Numbered from the stretch's first letter, positions 20,376 to 30,987 are shown. The stretch: DNA of 64,000 nucleotides from Calditrichia bacterium (GCA_050633245.1 JBOEGD010000009.1:224001-288000), one strand, 5' to 3'. A program made the numbers and translations. Notes: generated from the letters alone by a model not told the origin.

Positions 20376-22967
20376 TTATTGTAACAGGATCATCTTTCGC
20401 GACTGCATAAAGTCCCCTGCTTCAAGCTGATAAAAATAAATACCAGAACTCACAGGTTGTCCATTAGCAGTCATTCCATTCCAGTCTACCTTATACTGAC
20501 CGGCATTCTGTTCCTCATCAACTAATCGAACAACTTCTCTACCCAGGGTGTCGAAAATACGCAGCGTTACTGCTTCACGCTGTTTCAAACCATAGCGAAT
20601 ACTTGTTGAGGGATTAAAGGGATTCGGAAAATTCTGAGCCAATGAGAATTCCTCAGGAACAATCCCGGGCTCTTCTTCCAGCCCGACAACAATGAGTGAG
20701 AGGATATTAGAGCGCTCACTTTGCCCTTCCGGGTAAATACCCGTTACAAAGTAGCGATACCATTCTCCTGAGATTCCGGAATTATCGGAATACCCCAACT
20801 CTTCGGCACCCACCTGGGCATGAAGTGCAAATGGGCCGTTTAAGTCGGCACGATAGATATTATATCCGATTATCTCTTTACTCTGCCCACTCAACTCCAC
20901 CAGGCGCGCCTCCGGACCAACCCCCTCAACCACCAGCGCCCTGATAAGTATGTTATTATCAAAACTGGCGTTAATACTGGCAAAGGTTCTCCATGGAAAT
21001 CCAATTGATGGTGCATTAATCCAGGCTCGCTGCACCGATGGAGAAGATGTATCCCAATTTATTGCAATTCCATCGCTGATACCTTCGGTAAAAGAGATAA
21101 AAAAGTCATCAGATGAAATTTCAACAGCCTGTCCAAGATCAATTATTTGGAAGCCGCCCCGCTCAATGGTTATCTGATCGGTTGCAAGCTGAGTCTGTGG
21201 TCCAGATGCATTGCCAGTCCAAACACCCCAATCGGTTACAATAGTTGGATTTACGAGTAGAGAATCGCCAAACGAGACCTTTATACCCAGCACTCTTGCC
21301 GGATAGACTGTGGGAGTAAATCGTACGGCGATTTCGCCACCAGCCGTTCCTCCGATACTAATATCGCCTTCGGCTGTTCCGTCGTCATAAGATAGTTCCG
21401 TCGTAGCAATAGACAATGGTTGTTCCCAGGTTAAGTCGACTTGCCCCGAGCCACTTGAAGCATCAAAGTTTCGCGGAGTTCCAAGAATTGGCGAAAGGCT
21501 ATCCGGAGAAATAATTTGCCCACGAAGTTCTCCCTGGGGATGAGCAGAGGAAGCCAACTCAACGTAAAGTTCATTCCGAAAAAGTGCTTCAACAAGTAAT
21601 GGGGTAAGGGGTTCGCTATCAGTGGAGCGCCACACTCCGCTGGCATTTCCTAAGATGAAATCAGTAATACCCCGCACAACAGAACCCGCTTCACCTGCTT
21701 TACCAAGGTAGATTGCAGCACTTGTCAGGGAATCAGACAGGTTTTCAAACAAAATATTGTAGGTAAGGCTTGTTGAATCATCACTAAGCTCGAAGAATGC
21801 TTCGCCGCTGCCGGCAGACTCATTCGGCGGGACAACATTCGTATTCGAAAGTCTGGCAGCAAAGCTTGCAGCAGGGATATCGATATCAAATGTCTGATTT
21901 TTGATGCGCTGCCACTGCCTAATGGCAGCCCGCCCATTAAACTTAAATTCGTCGACCGTTGCCCCCCCGGCAATAGCATAGCCAACAATAATGGTGCCAT
22001 TCGCAGGTATATTATATGGCCCAAGGCCAAACACAATACTCTTATCCGCCGGTCCAACAGGATCACCGAACGGATCGTTAACTCGCCTTTGAGTCATGTA
22101 TGCGTATTTATTGGCTTCGGTGAGAGAGGCAGCACCTGACGGGAAAATTTCAGTGGTATTATCGGCAATCCGGGAGGCCCAAAATTCGGCCTGACTTAGT
22201 GGTACAACCCCCAAATATGGTGTGGGCGAAGAACTATCGTACAGATATGGAAACTCGACCAGAAAAAGAGAGTCCCCGTTAGATGTCGGTATACTTACAC
22301 TATCAAAATCTACCTGGCCGGTATTTGAAGTAAAGGTATTAATATCCCAATCCATAAAAGCCCCGACAGCAACATTTGTTAGAGGAGCATTTCCCGTATT
22401 GGTAATTTGATATTTCAAGATTAAATAGCCCTGGTTTCCCAATACATTGTAAGAATAGGACGATTGGGTAATCTCAAGCCCAATCGGAGTATTTGGCCCA
22501 TCATCGGCGAGTGGATCTAGCAAAACACCCGAGTCGTTGAATTTTGTAGCATAGACTGTCGAGTCAATATGGGCAGAAATTTCTAAAATCGGACTCAGCG
22601 CAAAAAAATCTGCATCCAGTACATTTTGTGATCCCCCAATAATAACTCTGGAGGCATCCACAACATGGTCAGGGGCAATCCCGATCATCAAACCTGCTTC
22701 AAATAATTGATTACTTCCTAACGGCCATTCGAATCCGGGAATTCCCCCATATTCGTTTAACATGCCAATCGTACCTTCATTTGTTATTGCAGTACGAAAG
22801 TTTCCTGTTTGGTGCTCCGCCAACTCTTCGGTTAAGCTTCTTTTATGCAAGCCTAGTTTTGCAGACTTATCACTCCCTTTTGCAATCAGAAAAAGAGGAG
22901 TTAACAGGAACATTAATAAAAAACTCATAACCAAAATTCTGAACGGCTGAAGAGATAATCTTTGCAT
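20376..22967 (-). CDS. Secreted multidomain protein: N-terminal beta domain + CHRD + split FN3 + FlgD-Ig/T9SS-like tail
   Basis: Signal peptide after AAGGAG; CHRD pattern F.A.L....VP....G.G...LTY...GELRGQI; V.LTW...GYNIYR...Y.VT; QNFPNPFNPST...KMILLQ. Confidence 0.8.
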   Translation of the reverse strand: MQRLSLQPFRILVMSFLLMFLLTPLFLIAKGSDKSAKLGLHKRSLTEELAEHQTGNFRTAITNEGTIGMLNEYGGIPGFEWPLGSNQLFEAGLMIGIAPDHVVDASRVIIGGSQNVLDADFFALSPILEISAHIDSTVYATKFNDSGVLLDPLADDGPNTPIGLEITQSSYSYNVLGNQGYLILKYQITNTGNAPLTNVAVGAFMDWDINTFTSNTGQVDFDSVSIPTSNGDSLFLVEFPYLYDSSSPTPYLGVVPLSQAEFWASRIADNTTEIFPSGAASLTEANKYAYMTQRRVNDPFGDPVGPADKSIVFGLGPYNIPANGTIIVGYAIAGGATVDEFKFNGRAAIRQWQRIKNQTFDIDIPAASFAARLSNTNVVPPNESAGSGEAFFELSDDSTSLTYNILFENLSDSLTSAAIYLGKAGEAGSVVRGITDFILGNASGVWRSTDSEPLTPLLVEALFRNELYVELASSAHPQGELRGQIISPDSLSPILGTPRNFDASSGSGQVDLTWEQPLSIATTELSYDDGTAEGDISIGGTAGGEIAVRFTPTVYPARVLGIKVSFGDSLLVNPTIVTDWGVWTGNASGPQTQLATDQITIERGGFQIIDLGQAVEISSDDFFISFTEGISDGIAINWDTSSPSVQRAWINAPSIGFPWRTFASINASFDNNILIRALVVEGVGPEARLVELSGQSKEIIGYNIYRADLNGPFALHAQVGAEELGYSDNSGISGEWYRYFVTGIYPEGQSERSNILSLIVVGLEEEPGIVPEEFSLAQNFPNPFNPSTSIRYGLKQREAVTLRIFDTLGREVVRLVDEEQNAGQYKVDWNGMTANGQPVSSGIYFYQLEAGDFMQSRKMILLQ

Positions 22968-23148
22968 AAGGCTCTCCTTGAGGCAGTCATCTAATGTATA
23001 TGTGGGATAAGACATGCGCGATCTTCAGATTGACAGAACACATCCGAGTCAAAACACATTTCTGTTTGGGAGGTATTTCAAAATGATACAATTCTGCTGG
23101 ATATGCAAGATTCAATTATTTATTGCTGAGTGTATTAAATGTTAGCAT

Positions 23149-23191
23149 AAAAAAGGCAGCTCGTTTGTATTTCCAAAACGGCGGCCTTTTT
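23149..23191 (-). terminator. Imperfect terminator closing the EPS cluster
   Basis: AAAAAGGC...GCCTTTTT flanks with an internal CGTT/AACG stem, 65 bp after the last EPS gene. Confidence 0.5.
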
Positions 23192-23255
23192 GTTGATAAG
23201 GTATTCCATCTGCAATACATATGCGGAAGAATATGTTACTTCAAAAATTGTGCTT

Positions 23256-24797
23256 TTACAATGAACCTCCCAGCTCCCCATTGGCTTTGCGAAATGGCCT
23301 GACAAGCATCTCCCAAAACACGTTAAAGAACAGTAGCAAATCGCCTCGAAAAGATCGAGTTCGCAGATAATATCGTTCCGATACCTCGCGCTCCAGCGGG
23401 TCGGGATTGCGAATGCCATCAGCATCCCAAAGTTGAAAAAGGCCGGTTGGACAGGTACTGCGTTCGGTTTTCCACTTCTCGGACAATGTCTCGTATTCCT
23501 CCTTTTTAAGCGGAGCTACACCAATCAGGCGAATGTCGCCGCAAACGACATTCCAGAGCCCGGGCAATCGGTCTAACAACGTTACCCCTCCCGATGACAA
23601 ATATAAATTCACATAGGTTGGATGAATCGTACCATCAAGATCGTGTTTCACCCGCGTGCTGGTGCGGCGCAGTCGAGAGAGCGTCCGCCTTCCCTGTACA
23701 GTACGAATAAGTATATCTCCTATAATGACCACGCTAAAAAGAATCAGCATAAACAGTGCAATAAACCCGTGAACGAATCTTGCAAGATAATTGGCATACC
23801 AAGATATCTTTACGTCGCCAAGCATAAACTGATCGTGAATAAGTGTTTGAACTTTTGCCGGCATGCTCACAAGACTTTTTTTGTTTACAATTGCATCGTG
23901 GATATCTACATCGCAGCCGATATAAGAATCACGCATAATTGTGCTGGATAAGACCGAGCTGTTGCTGTCAACAACCACATTGTTTCCAATTACGCTCCCA
24001 CAGCCAAGATGTACGCCCCGTTCGATAGACACATTATTGCCGATAATTAACGGCGGCTCCAACCTTACAGAAGGATGGATTCTGGTATTCATTCCAACCC
24101 ATACATCATCTTCAAGCTGCCATCCTTCCAGGCGAAAGCCTTTCCTGGCAAGAAGTGAAATATCACACTGTAATTCCCATAACCGGTCTAATGAGCTAAT
24201 ATACCAAAACACCGAGCTGCTACGATGAAAGCAAACACGCAAACCACTGTTTTGCATGCTCTCAATCAGGTCACTTAAAGTACAGTCCTGCACCTTTTCG
24301 CGAATGAACTTCTGTGCTTTAGAAGAAAGAATCAGCACAGGAAATGGCTCAATAGACAACAGCTCCAGCGGTTGAACGCCGCTTGTATCATTTTCTGAAC
24401 TTGGCACCGAAATGGTAATATCAGCTTGCATCGAGCAATGTCGATCCATGAGCTCTTTCAGATGCAATGACGTAAGTAGACGTGCCGGGGCACAAACAAG
24501 CCCCTCTTCTGATTCGTCTGAATAAAAACGCAATGCACTAACTAAATCCAGCTTGTCGCGGCTAATTGCATATGAGACATTGCACCCCCACCGCTCCCCG
24601 CGCTTCAGATAGCGACGCGTTTCGTAAGGCATGTGCCTAACAATCAGCTTAATATCAGTAATGCCATGATCGTACAGCCACTCGAATTGATAGGTCAGAA
24701 TCGGTTTGTTTCCGACAGGCAAAAGTAGCTCCGGGAACCAATTCCTGGCTGGTTCAAACCTCGATAGATCACCCGTGGGAATTATGAATGCTTTCAT
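23256..24797 (-). CDS. Degenerate sugar-nucleotidyltransferase + hexapeptide (LbH) + bacterial sugar-transferase (PGT)-like fusion
   Basis: LLPVGNKPIL...G..WG NTase; VWVGMNTRI...IIGNNVSI hexapeptides; one TM; LPGLWNVVCGDIRLIG...RS..GDL Bac_transf remnant; ATGA-coupled to upstream gene. Confidence 0.75.
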   Translation of the reverse strand: MKAFIIPTGDLSRFEPARNWFPELLLPVGNKPILTYQFEWLYDHGITDIKLIVRHMPYETRRYLKRGERWGCNVSYAISRDKLDLVSALRFYSDESEEGLVCAPARLLTSLHLKELMDRHCSMQADITISVPSSENDTSGVQPLELLSIEPFPVLILSSKAQKFIREKVQDCTLSDLIESMQNSGLRVCFHRSSSVFWYISSLDRLWELQCDISLLARKGFRLEGWQLEDDVWVGMNTRIHPSVRLEPPLIIGNNVSIERGVHLGCGSVIGNNVVVDSNSSVLSSTIMRDSYIGCDVDIHDAIVNKKSLVSMPAKVQTLIHDQFMLGDVKISWYANYLARFVHGFIALFMLILFSVVIIGDILIRTVQGRRTLSRLRRTSTRVKHDLDGTIHPTYVNLYLSSGGVTLLDRLPGLWNVVCGDIRLIGVAPLKKEEYETLSEKWKTERSTCPTGLFQLWDADGIRNPDPLEREVSERYYLRTRSFRGDLLLFFNVFWEMLVRPFRKANGELGGSL

Positions 24798-26335
24798 GAA
24801 GGAATACTTAATAGGTCATCAGCCGCTGAAAGTGTTGGCGCAAGATCAAAAACCAGCTCCATTCGAGTCATGCGAAAAACCTGCTGAACCATTTCCTGCA
24901 TCCCGCAAATGACAACCTTATTGCCGCTTTCTCTGCTAATACGTTTAATTTTCACTAAAAAGCCAATAGCAGAGCTATCAACGAAACGCACATTTGATAA
25001 ATCGACTATAACATCAAGATTGTTGATTTTTTCAAATAGCCCGTCGCTATCGACTCGCGAAATTCGCAAGGCATCCAGCCTCTCCTTAAAGATTATCACT
25101 GCACGATGCTCATTGGCTTCAAGCCGATAGCCGCGTCGTGAAATGGTATTAGGGGTAACCTCATCATCTTCAGATCCAGCTGCGTACTCAAGCAAGTAAT
25201 TCATATCAAACACATCATAGCTGCGATGAGCTATCATCACTTTTTGAATTGCAAGACTAACATTACGTGCACTCAGAGCACAATTTGTCAACAATCTTGA
25301 GCGCCGTAACGACAGCAGCTCTCCGATTGCAGCAATATCCAAATGTCTGACACCGTGAAAATTCAGCTCGATATGACTCGTTTCACAATGAGCAAGTTCT
25401 TCATCCAGCTGTCGAACAATCGCCGCTGTTACTTTTGCCGGAAGAATTACGCTGGTTTTATCCTGTCCATACCGATAACGCAGTGGACGTCTTTCCCAGC
25501 GACCTTCTTTCAGTTTGCGTGCTCCGACCAGCACTTGTGGAAGGATCGGCAGCACAAATGCAGATAATTTAACAATTCCGTAGAAATAACGTCTCCACAG
25601 TCGCATCGGATCTTGCGTAATGCGATAAACCCACTCTAATCCACTTTTCTGTAGCCAGGCTGGGGCACGCGAAACCGAACCGGTTACAAAATTGAATGTG
25701 CCCCCAATGCCAATCGAAACCGGCACTTTTAGGCGATGGCGATTGCGCCAAAACCATATTTCCTGTTTTGGATTGCCGAACGCAATCAGAAGAATATCTG
25801 CATTTGAACGATTCACCTGCTCGACAACCTCATCATCCCGCTGCTGCTCATCAGCAAGTTTTTCACCTTCAACATGAACAAAAGGCGAACTGTATCCGGC
25901 AACCTGCATTTTAGGATTTCGAAATTTCAGTGTCACTGCAGCCTTCTTTGCCACATCGCCACTTCCACCAAGGAAATAGATAGATTTTTTCAATCGGGTT
26001 GCTTCTGTTGCAAGAGCCGGAACCAGATCGGCACCGGTAACCCGCTGTTTAAGTGGATGTCCCAAAAGTCGACTAAACCATACCAAGGGCATACCATCCG
26101 GGGTAATCAAATCGGCCTGTCGCAAAATGGCCATCAGTTCGGGATGGCGAATGCGATAATCCTTTGCCGAATGCAGATTCACCAAAAAGTCCACATTTAC
26201 AGTTGCAACCAGGCGAGGTCGCTTGTCCAGTAAATAATCGTTACATAGATCAAATACACTCGCGACGGTTTCTTCCAGGGTAAGATTATCGATAGGAAGC
26301 CCCAGAATGCCAATATGACGATTGGTATCGGACAT
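24794..26335 (-). CDS. WecB/TagA/CpsF (GT26) glycosyltransferase fused to two STAS domains
   Basis: TVNVD, PDGMPL, RVTGADL, FGNPKQE, GIGG, RAP, GLEW.YR...P.RLWRRY; then LNFHGVRHLDIAAIG and VDLSNVRFVDSSAIG. Confidence 0.9.
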   Translation of the reverse strand: MSDTNRHIGILGLPIDNLTLEETVASVFDLCNDYLLDKRPRLVATVNVDFLVNLHSAKDYRIRHPELMAILRQADLITPDGMPLVWFSRLLGHPLKQRVTGADLVPALATEATRLKKSIYFLGGSGDVAKKAAVTLKFRNPKMQVAGYSSPFVHVEGEKLADEQQRDDEVVEQVNRSNADILLIAFGNPKQEIWFWRNRHRLKVPVSIGIGGTFNFVTGSVSRAPAWLQKSGLEWVYRITQDPMRLWRRYFYGIVKLSAFVLPILPQVLVGARKLKEGRWERRPLRYRYGQDKTSVILPAKVTAAIVRQLDEELAHCETSHIELNFHGVRHLDIAAIGELLSLRRSRLLTNCALSARNVSLAIQKVMIAHRSYDVFDMNYLLEYAAGSEDDEVTPNTISRRGYRLEANEHRAVIIFKERLDALRISRVDSDGLFEKINNLDVIVDLSNVRFVDSSAIGFLVKIKRISRESGNKVVICGMQEMVQQVFRMTRMELVFDLAPTLSAADDLLSIPS

Positions 26336-27138
26336 TAGTATGCCCCCTTTCCAAGTAAAACAGCAGGAATTGTCTTCAACAGAATCCACAAATCACCAAG
26401 AAATGAGCGATTCTGGATATACTGTAAGTCCAAACGAACCTGCCCTTCAAAGTCGATCTCGCTACGTCCACTCACCTGCCACAAACAGGTGATGCCCGGC
26501 CGTACCGAAAGCCGCTGACGATGCGACGTGCTATATTCATTGACCTCTGGCAAAAGCGGTGGGCGTGGTCCCACCAAAGACATATCCCCTTTCAAAACGT
26601 TCCAGAACTGGGGAGATTCATCGATAGAGAGCTTCCGAATAATGCGACCGACATAGGTTATTCTCGGATCTTTGCGCATCTTAAAAATGACGCCATTGGT
26701 TTCATTTTCCTGCTTCAGGCTTTCCTTTTGTTTCTCTGCGTTCACCACCATCGATCGGAACTTATACATCTTGAATAGACTACCCCATTTCCCAACCCGA
26801 ATTTGGGAATACAATATGGGGCCGCCGTCCTCAAGTTTGATAGCGATTGATGTGAGCAAAAAAATGGGTAAAAAAAATATCACAAGAAGAATTGACGCAA
26901 AGACATCCAGCAACCTCTTAAGAAGAAACGTGCTATTTACAACGCCACGCCATAGGTTGCGTTTTAAAAGCGCTCTTGCCATTAGGCGAAATTGGGCAAA
27001 ACGCGTTCCGCCTCGTGCATATCGATCATAGAGAACATCAATCAACTCTTCACGTCGTTTTTCTTCCGAAGTCAGAGAATTTTTAGTCGACTTGCTGGAT
27101 TTATTTGTCACAAACGTCTGATTATTCGAGGTTTTCAT
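26335..27138 (-). CDS. Priming polyprenyl-phosphate glycosylphosphotransferase (Bac_transf, WcaJ/PglC-like)
   Basis: KRLLD, YKFRSM, DPRIT.VG..IRK.SIDE.PQF.NVL.GDMSLVGPRP, PGITCLWQV.GRS. Confidence 0.95.
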   Translation of the reverse strand: MKTSNNQTFVTNKSSKSTKNSLTSEEKRREELIDVLYDRYARGGTRFAQFRLMARALLKRNLWRGVVNSTFLLKRLLDVFASILLVIFFLPIFLLTSIAIKLEDGGPILYSQIRVGKWGSLFKMYKFRSMVVNAEKQKESLKQENETNGVIFKMRKDPRITYVGRIIRKLSIDESPQFWNVLKGDMSLVGPRPPLLPEVNEYSTSHRQRLSVRPGITCLWQVSGRSEIDFEGQVRLDLQYIQNRSFLGDLWILLKTIPAVLLGKGAY

Positions 27139-27150
27139 TATTTTTATCCT

Positions 27151-28038
27151 CTAGGTCTGCAGAACCATCTGCTGTTCCCGGATTAGTTCCGCGAGATAGC
27201 GTTTATATTCGATATCCGGCATGGGTTCAAGCAGGGCTGTTAGGTGATTCTCATCAATAAAGCCTTGTAAAAACGCAATCTCTTCAAGACAGGCAATTTT
27301 TAATCCCTGCCTTGCCTGAACTGCAGACACATAGGATGAGGCCTGATGCAGTGAATCGTGGGTTCCGGTATCCAACCAGGCAAATCCCCTACCCAAAAGA
27401 CGCACCTTCAAACGGCCTTCGTGGAGGTAAACCCGGTTGATATCTGTAATCTCCAGCTCACCTCGTTTGGAAGGCTTCAAACTTGCGGCAATTCGTACGA
27501 CATCGTTGTCGTAAAAGTATAGGCCGGGGACGGCGTAGCGCGACTTTGGCGCAGCAGGCTTTTCTTCAATTTCAAGTGCCCGTCCGTCTTCATCGAAAGA
27601 AACTACACCATAACGTTCCGGATCAGTTACAGGATAACCGAAGATAATGCCGCCGTCATCCAGTTGCGTGCATTCCATTAGGAGGCGCTGAAAGTCGTGT
27701 CCATAAAAAATATTGTCGCCAAGGATGAGACTCACCGCATCCTGGCCAATAAAATCCCGCCCCAGAATAAAAGCCTCAGCAAGACCGGCAGGCGATGGCT
27801 GAACCTTGTAGGAAAGCTGAATTCCAAATCGACTTCCATCACCCAAAAGTTGTTCAAACAGAGGCAGATCTTTTGGCGTTGAAATTATCAGGACTTCGCG
27901 AATGCCCGCTAACATGAGAACCGAAAGCGGGTAGTATATCATAGGTTTGTCGTAAACCGGTAGCATTTGCTTACTCACAGCTCCGGTAAGTGGATATAGC
28001 CTGGTGCCAGAGCCCCCTGCAAGAATAATTCCCTTCAT
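27151..28038 (-). CDS. rfbA: Glucose-1-phosphate thymidylyltransferase
   Basis: [47 protein letters not shown]. Confidence 0.96.
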   Translation of the reverse strand: MKGIILAGGSGTRLYPLTGAVSKQMLPVYDKPMIYYPLSVLMLAGIREVLIISTPKDLPLFEQLLGDGSRFGIQLSYKVQPSPAGLAEAFILGRDFIGQDAVSLILGDNIFYGHDFQRLLMECTQLDDGGIIFGYPVTDPERYGVVSFDEDGRALEIEEKPAAPKSRYAVPGLYFYDNDVVRIAASLKPSKRGELEITDINRVYLHEGRLKVRLLGRGFAWLDTGTHDSLHQASSYVSAVQARQGLKIACLEEIAFLQGFIDENHLTALLEPMPDIEYKRYLAELIREQQMVLQT

Positions 28039-28225
28039 TCTCTATCTCCTCATTCGGGTCGGTGCACATCAACCATATTCAATGTATTGGCAAAGCGGGA
28101 AGGTAATTGAGCGATGTTCAAACTCTTTCAGTGCAATTGGATCTTCCCTGATGCCACGCACTTTCTCTCTTATATCATCGTTGTTTTAGGTTGGATGTAT
28201 AGAAAAAAGATGACAATTTCTCCGT

Positions 28226-29428
28226 TCATAACAGAGTCTCGGGAACTTCTCCGTTGCGAAGCAATCCCTGATAAAGTGTCAGATAGCGATTTAGCATGTT
28301 GTGAGGATCGAACTGTGTCACCAAATGCTGATACTGCAAGTGCCACAGAATATTTTGCAGTTCGATGTCAGAATCAATTTCCGCAATCTTCTCTGCCACC
28401 TCTTTCGCGGAAAGTTTTTGAGACAGACGCAACGATTCAGTGTTCGGCATTATCTCCTGAAGCGCGGGATAATCCAGTGCGACGACGAGTGTGTTGTGTG
28501 CCATCGCTTCAAGAATCGCAATTCCAAAGCTCTCTGATGTTGACGTTTGAAAATAAATATCAGCCTGTCTTAAAAGAGTAAAGATACCTGTTCTGTCCTG
28601 CTCCCCCAGCAGATGAAACTGGCTTTCCAACTGATACTTTTTAATTTTTGAGCGAATTAAACGTCCCTCATCCGGATCTTCCGGACCAATAAGTACATAG
28701 CGCCAGCGCTTACCCAACAGGTTTAACTCCTGTGCGACGTCAACCAGAAATCGTTGATTTTTGCGTTTACTCAGCGTTCCGACGTTAAGAATAATCTTTT
28801 CCTTGCGGTCAGCCTCATTACTTTCGTTGTGAGCAGGTTGCTTGAATACCATTTGGCCACTGTAAATAACCGGAATTTTCTTCGAACTATCGCTCGTGAT
28901 ATCTGTTATCAGGTCAAGGTTGCTGTGAGACACGCTAATCAGACTGATCCGTGGATTTCTCAAAACTCTTCGAAAGAACCATTTCAGCAAGTAATACGAC
29001 AGACGCTTATTGCGAACAAAACCTGCCCGTGAAAATTCTTTCCAGGGCGCACTCCAAAAATGACAGGTCAACAAAATGGGTACCGACTTTGGCAAAACCA
29101 ACAGAGCAATGCCTGCAGAAACTACATCCTGAGCATTTACCAGGTCACACTCTTTGCAGGCGCTGCGAAGCGTTAGCGCCATGCGAAGCGCAATAAATAG
29201 AAGCACAATCAGAAAGAGTGCGGAAAGACGATACCGGTTCCAGCAATGGTAGGCAGTACGCCGCAGGACATAGTCACAGCGCTGAAATAAAGTCTTGCGC
29301 TCGTGTACGGATGCAAGCTGAACCTCGATGCCATTTAAAAGCAACTCACGTCGCAGATCGAAGATGTGGCTGATAACGCCATTTGTATCTTCCTCGGGGT
29401 TTAAAATTGTTGCCAATAAGACTCTCAT
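28226..29428 (-). CDS. Glycosyltransferase family 4
   Basis: VGTLSKRKN, ESFGIAILEAM. Confidence 0.9.
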   Translation of the reverse strand: MRVLLATILNPEEDTNGVISHIFDLRRELLLNGIEVQLASVHERKTLFQRCDYVLRRTAYHCWNRYRLSALFLIVLLFIALRMALTLRSACKECDLVNAQDVVSAGIALLVLPKSVPILLTCHFWSAPWKEFSRAGFVRNKRLSYYLLKWFFRRVLRNPRISLISVSHSNLDLITDITSDSSKKIPVIYSGQMVFKQPAHNESNEADRKEKIILNVGTLSKRKNQRFLVDVAQELNLLGKRWRYVLIGPEDPDEGRLIRSKIKKYQLESQFHLLGEQDRTGIFTLLRQADIYFQTSTSESFGIAILEAMAHNTLVVALDYPALQEIMPNTESLRLSQKLSAKEVAEKIAEIDSDIELQNILWHLQYQHLVTQFDPHNMLNRYLTLYQGLLRNGEVPETLL

Positions 29429-30948
29429 CAGAGCTCATTCCCTTCAGTTTTCACCGATGAAAATCCGTTTCTCTGCAAACCAGTGTCCTTGAACGGCTGA
29501 GTTCCTTCAATATTTAGATAAACCAAAAGCGATAACCCGGCAGCAATTCCTGCCATAACCATCATAAACGGCAGATTGCCATATAGCTCGCTACTTAAGA
29601 TCGGTTCGAGAACAAAAAAGCAGCTGAAGATAAGCGCTGATAAAAAACCGACATGCAGCCAGGGACGAATGATTTCTGCCAAGGGATAACCCAGTTTTTT
29701 CCACATAAGCAGGCTTTGCAATAGCGAAATCAATACACCGGACGAGAATACGGTAACACATGCACCAAATAAGCCCCACTTAGATGCAGCATGTGGTAAC
29801 AAAACAAGCAGCATAATCAGACCACCTGCCATGGCGATGGTTTCATAGGCTGGTTTGCCGACAGCAACAAACGTTCCTCCTTGAATAATACCAATCGTTC
29901 GCGGAACACCACGAAAAGCAATCCACATGAGCGCAACGGCTGCTGTAGCATAACGGGGATCGTACAATATGTCTACCAAAGTCGTTGCAAAAAGTGCCTG
30001 CGTTACCAGAACAGGCGTGGCGACCGTCAGCAAAAGTGAGTTACTACGACGAAAAATTCGAATAACCCGTTCCTTATCGCCGGCAACTTTGCTTATAGCC
30101 GGAAAAAGAGATTGCGCAAATATTTGTACAATCAACACCTCGATTAATAAGCCGATATTCAATCCAATATTGTAATAACCGAGCGTTTCCATACCAAGAT
30201 ACTTACCCAGAATTAACCGATCCATATTCATGGTGGCCCAGGTAATCAGCGTGTTCAGAAAAATAAACTTCCCAAAATGAAACAGCTCTTTTCCTGCATC
30301 GCGATCCCAAGCTAAACGTGGTTTGTAACGTTCTACAACATAGGAAAAGATAAAGCGATAAAACGATGTTAACACTGCCCCCCACGCCAGTGCCCAGACC
30401 GAGCGTAGCGTAAAAGCAAAAAGGATCGTCGTCATAAATCCAAGGAATTGCGTTCCCAGTTCATAGGAAACCTGCTTATCTGCCTCAAGACGCTTAATAA
30501 CCAGCGGAAGAGCAGGATTTTTTATACCGTCAAGTAAAATACTGAATGCCATAAACAGCAAGAGAGGCTTTAGTTCAGGCTGGTTATAAAAAACAGATAG
30601 CGGGTCGATCAGCATAGCCACGACAAAAAACAACAACAGAGATCGTAAAATGGATATGATAAATGACGTATTAAGGTAGGCTGGTTCATCACCCCTTGGG
30701 TTTTGGATGATGGCTGTGCGAATACCGGTATCCGAGAACAACTGAACCATCGCAAGAATAACTGATGCGGTAGCCATTAAGCCAAAGACTTCCGGAAAGA
30801 GCAAACGGGTAAGTATTAAGCTGCTGACAAGGCGCAAAAATGAGCCGCCTCCCTTACCAAGACCGGTCCAGACAGCTGCTCTAATACTCTGCAGCTTCAG
30901 CGAATGTTCCTGATTGCGAAGCAGCATATCTTTAAGATTATGAAGCAC
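29428..30948 (-). CDS. wzx: Oligosaccharide flippase (Wzx, PST family)
   Basis: LTRLL.PE.FG, DTGIRTAIIQ, SVWAL, DRLILGK, LGYY; about 12-14 TM helices. Confidence 0.88.
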   Translation of the reverse strand: MLHNLKDMLLRNQEHSLKLQSIRAAVWTGLGKGGGSFLRLVSSLILTRLLFPEVFGLMATASVILAMVQLFSDTGIRTAIIQNPRGDEPAYLNTSFIISILRSLLLFFVVAMLIDPLSVFYNQPELKPLLLFMAFSILLDGIKNPALPLVIKRLEADKQVSYELGTQFLGFMTTILFAFTLRSVWALAWGAVLTSFYRFIFSYVVERYKPRLAWDRDAGKELFHFGKFIFLNTLITWATMNMDRLILGKYLGMETLGYYNIGLNIGLLIEVLIVQIFAQSLFPAISKVAGDKERVIRIFRRSNSLLLTVATPVLVTQALFATTLVDILYDPRYATAAVALMWIAFRGVPRTIGIIQGGTFVAVGKPAYETIAMAGGLIMLLVLLPHAASKWGLFGACVTVFSSGVLISLLQSLLMWKKLGYPLAEIIRPWLHVGFLSALIFSCFFVLEPILSSELYGNLPFMMVMAGIAAGLSLLVYLNIEGTQPFKDTGLQRNGFSSVKTEGNEL

Positions 30949-30987
30949 GTTTCACTCTCCCTGTGCAATGCTTTGTCACTTTGCGGC

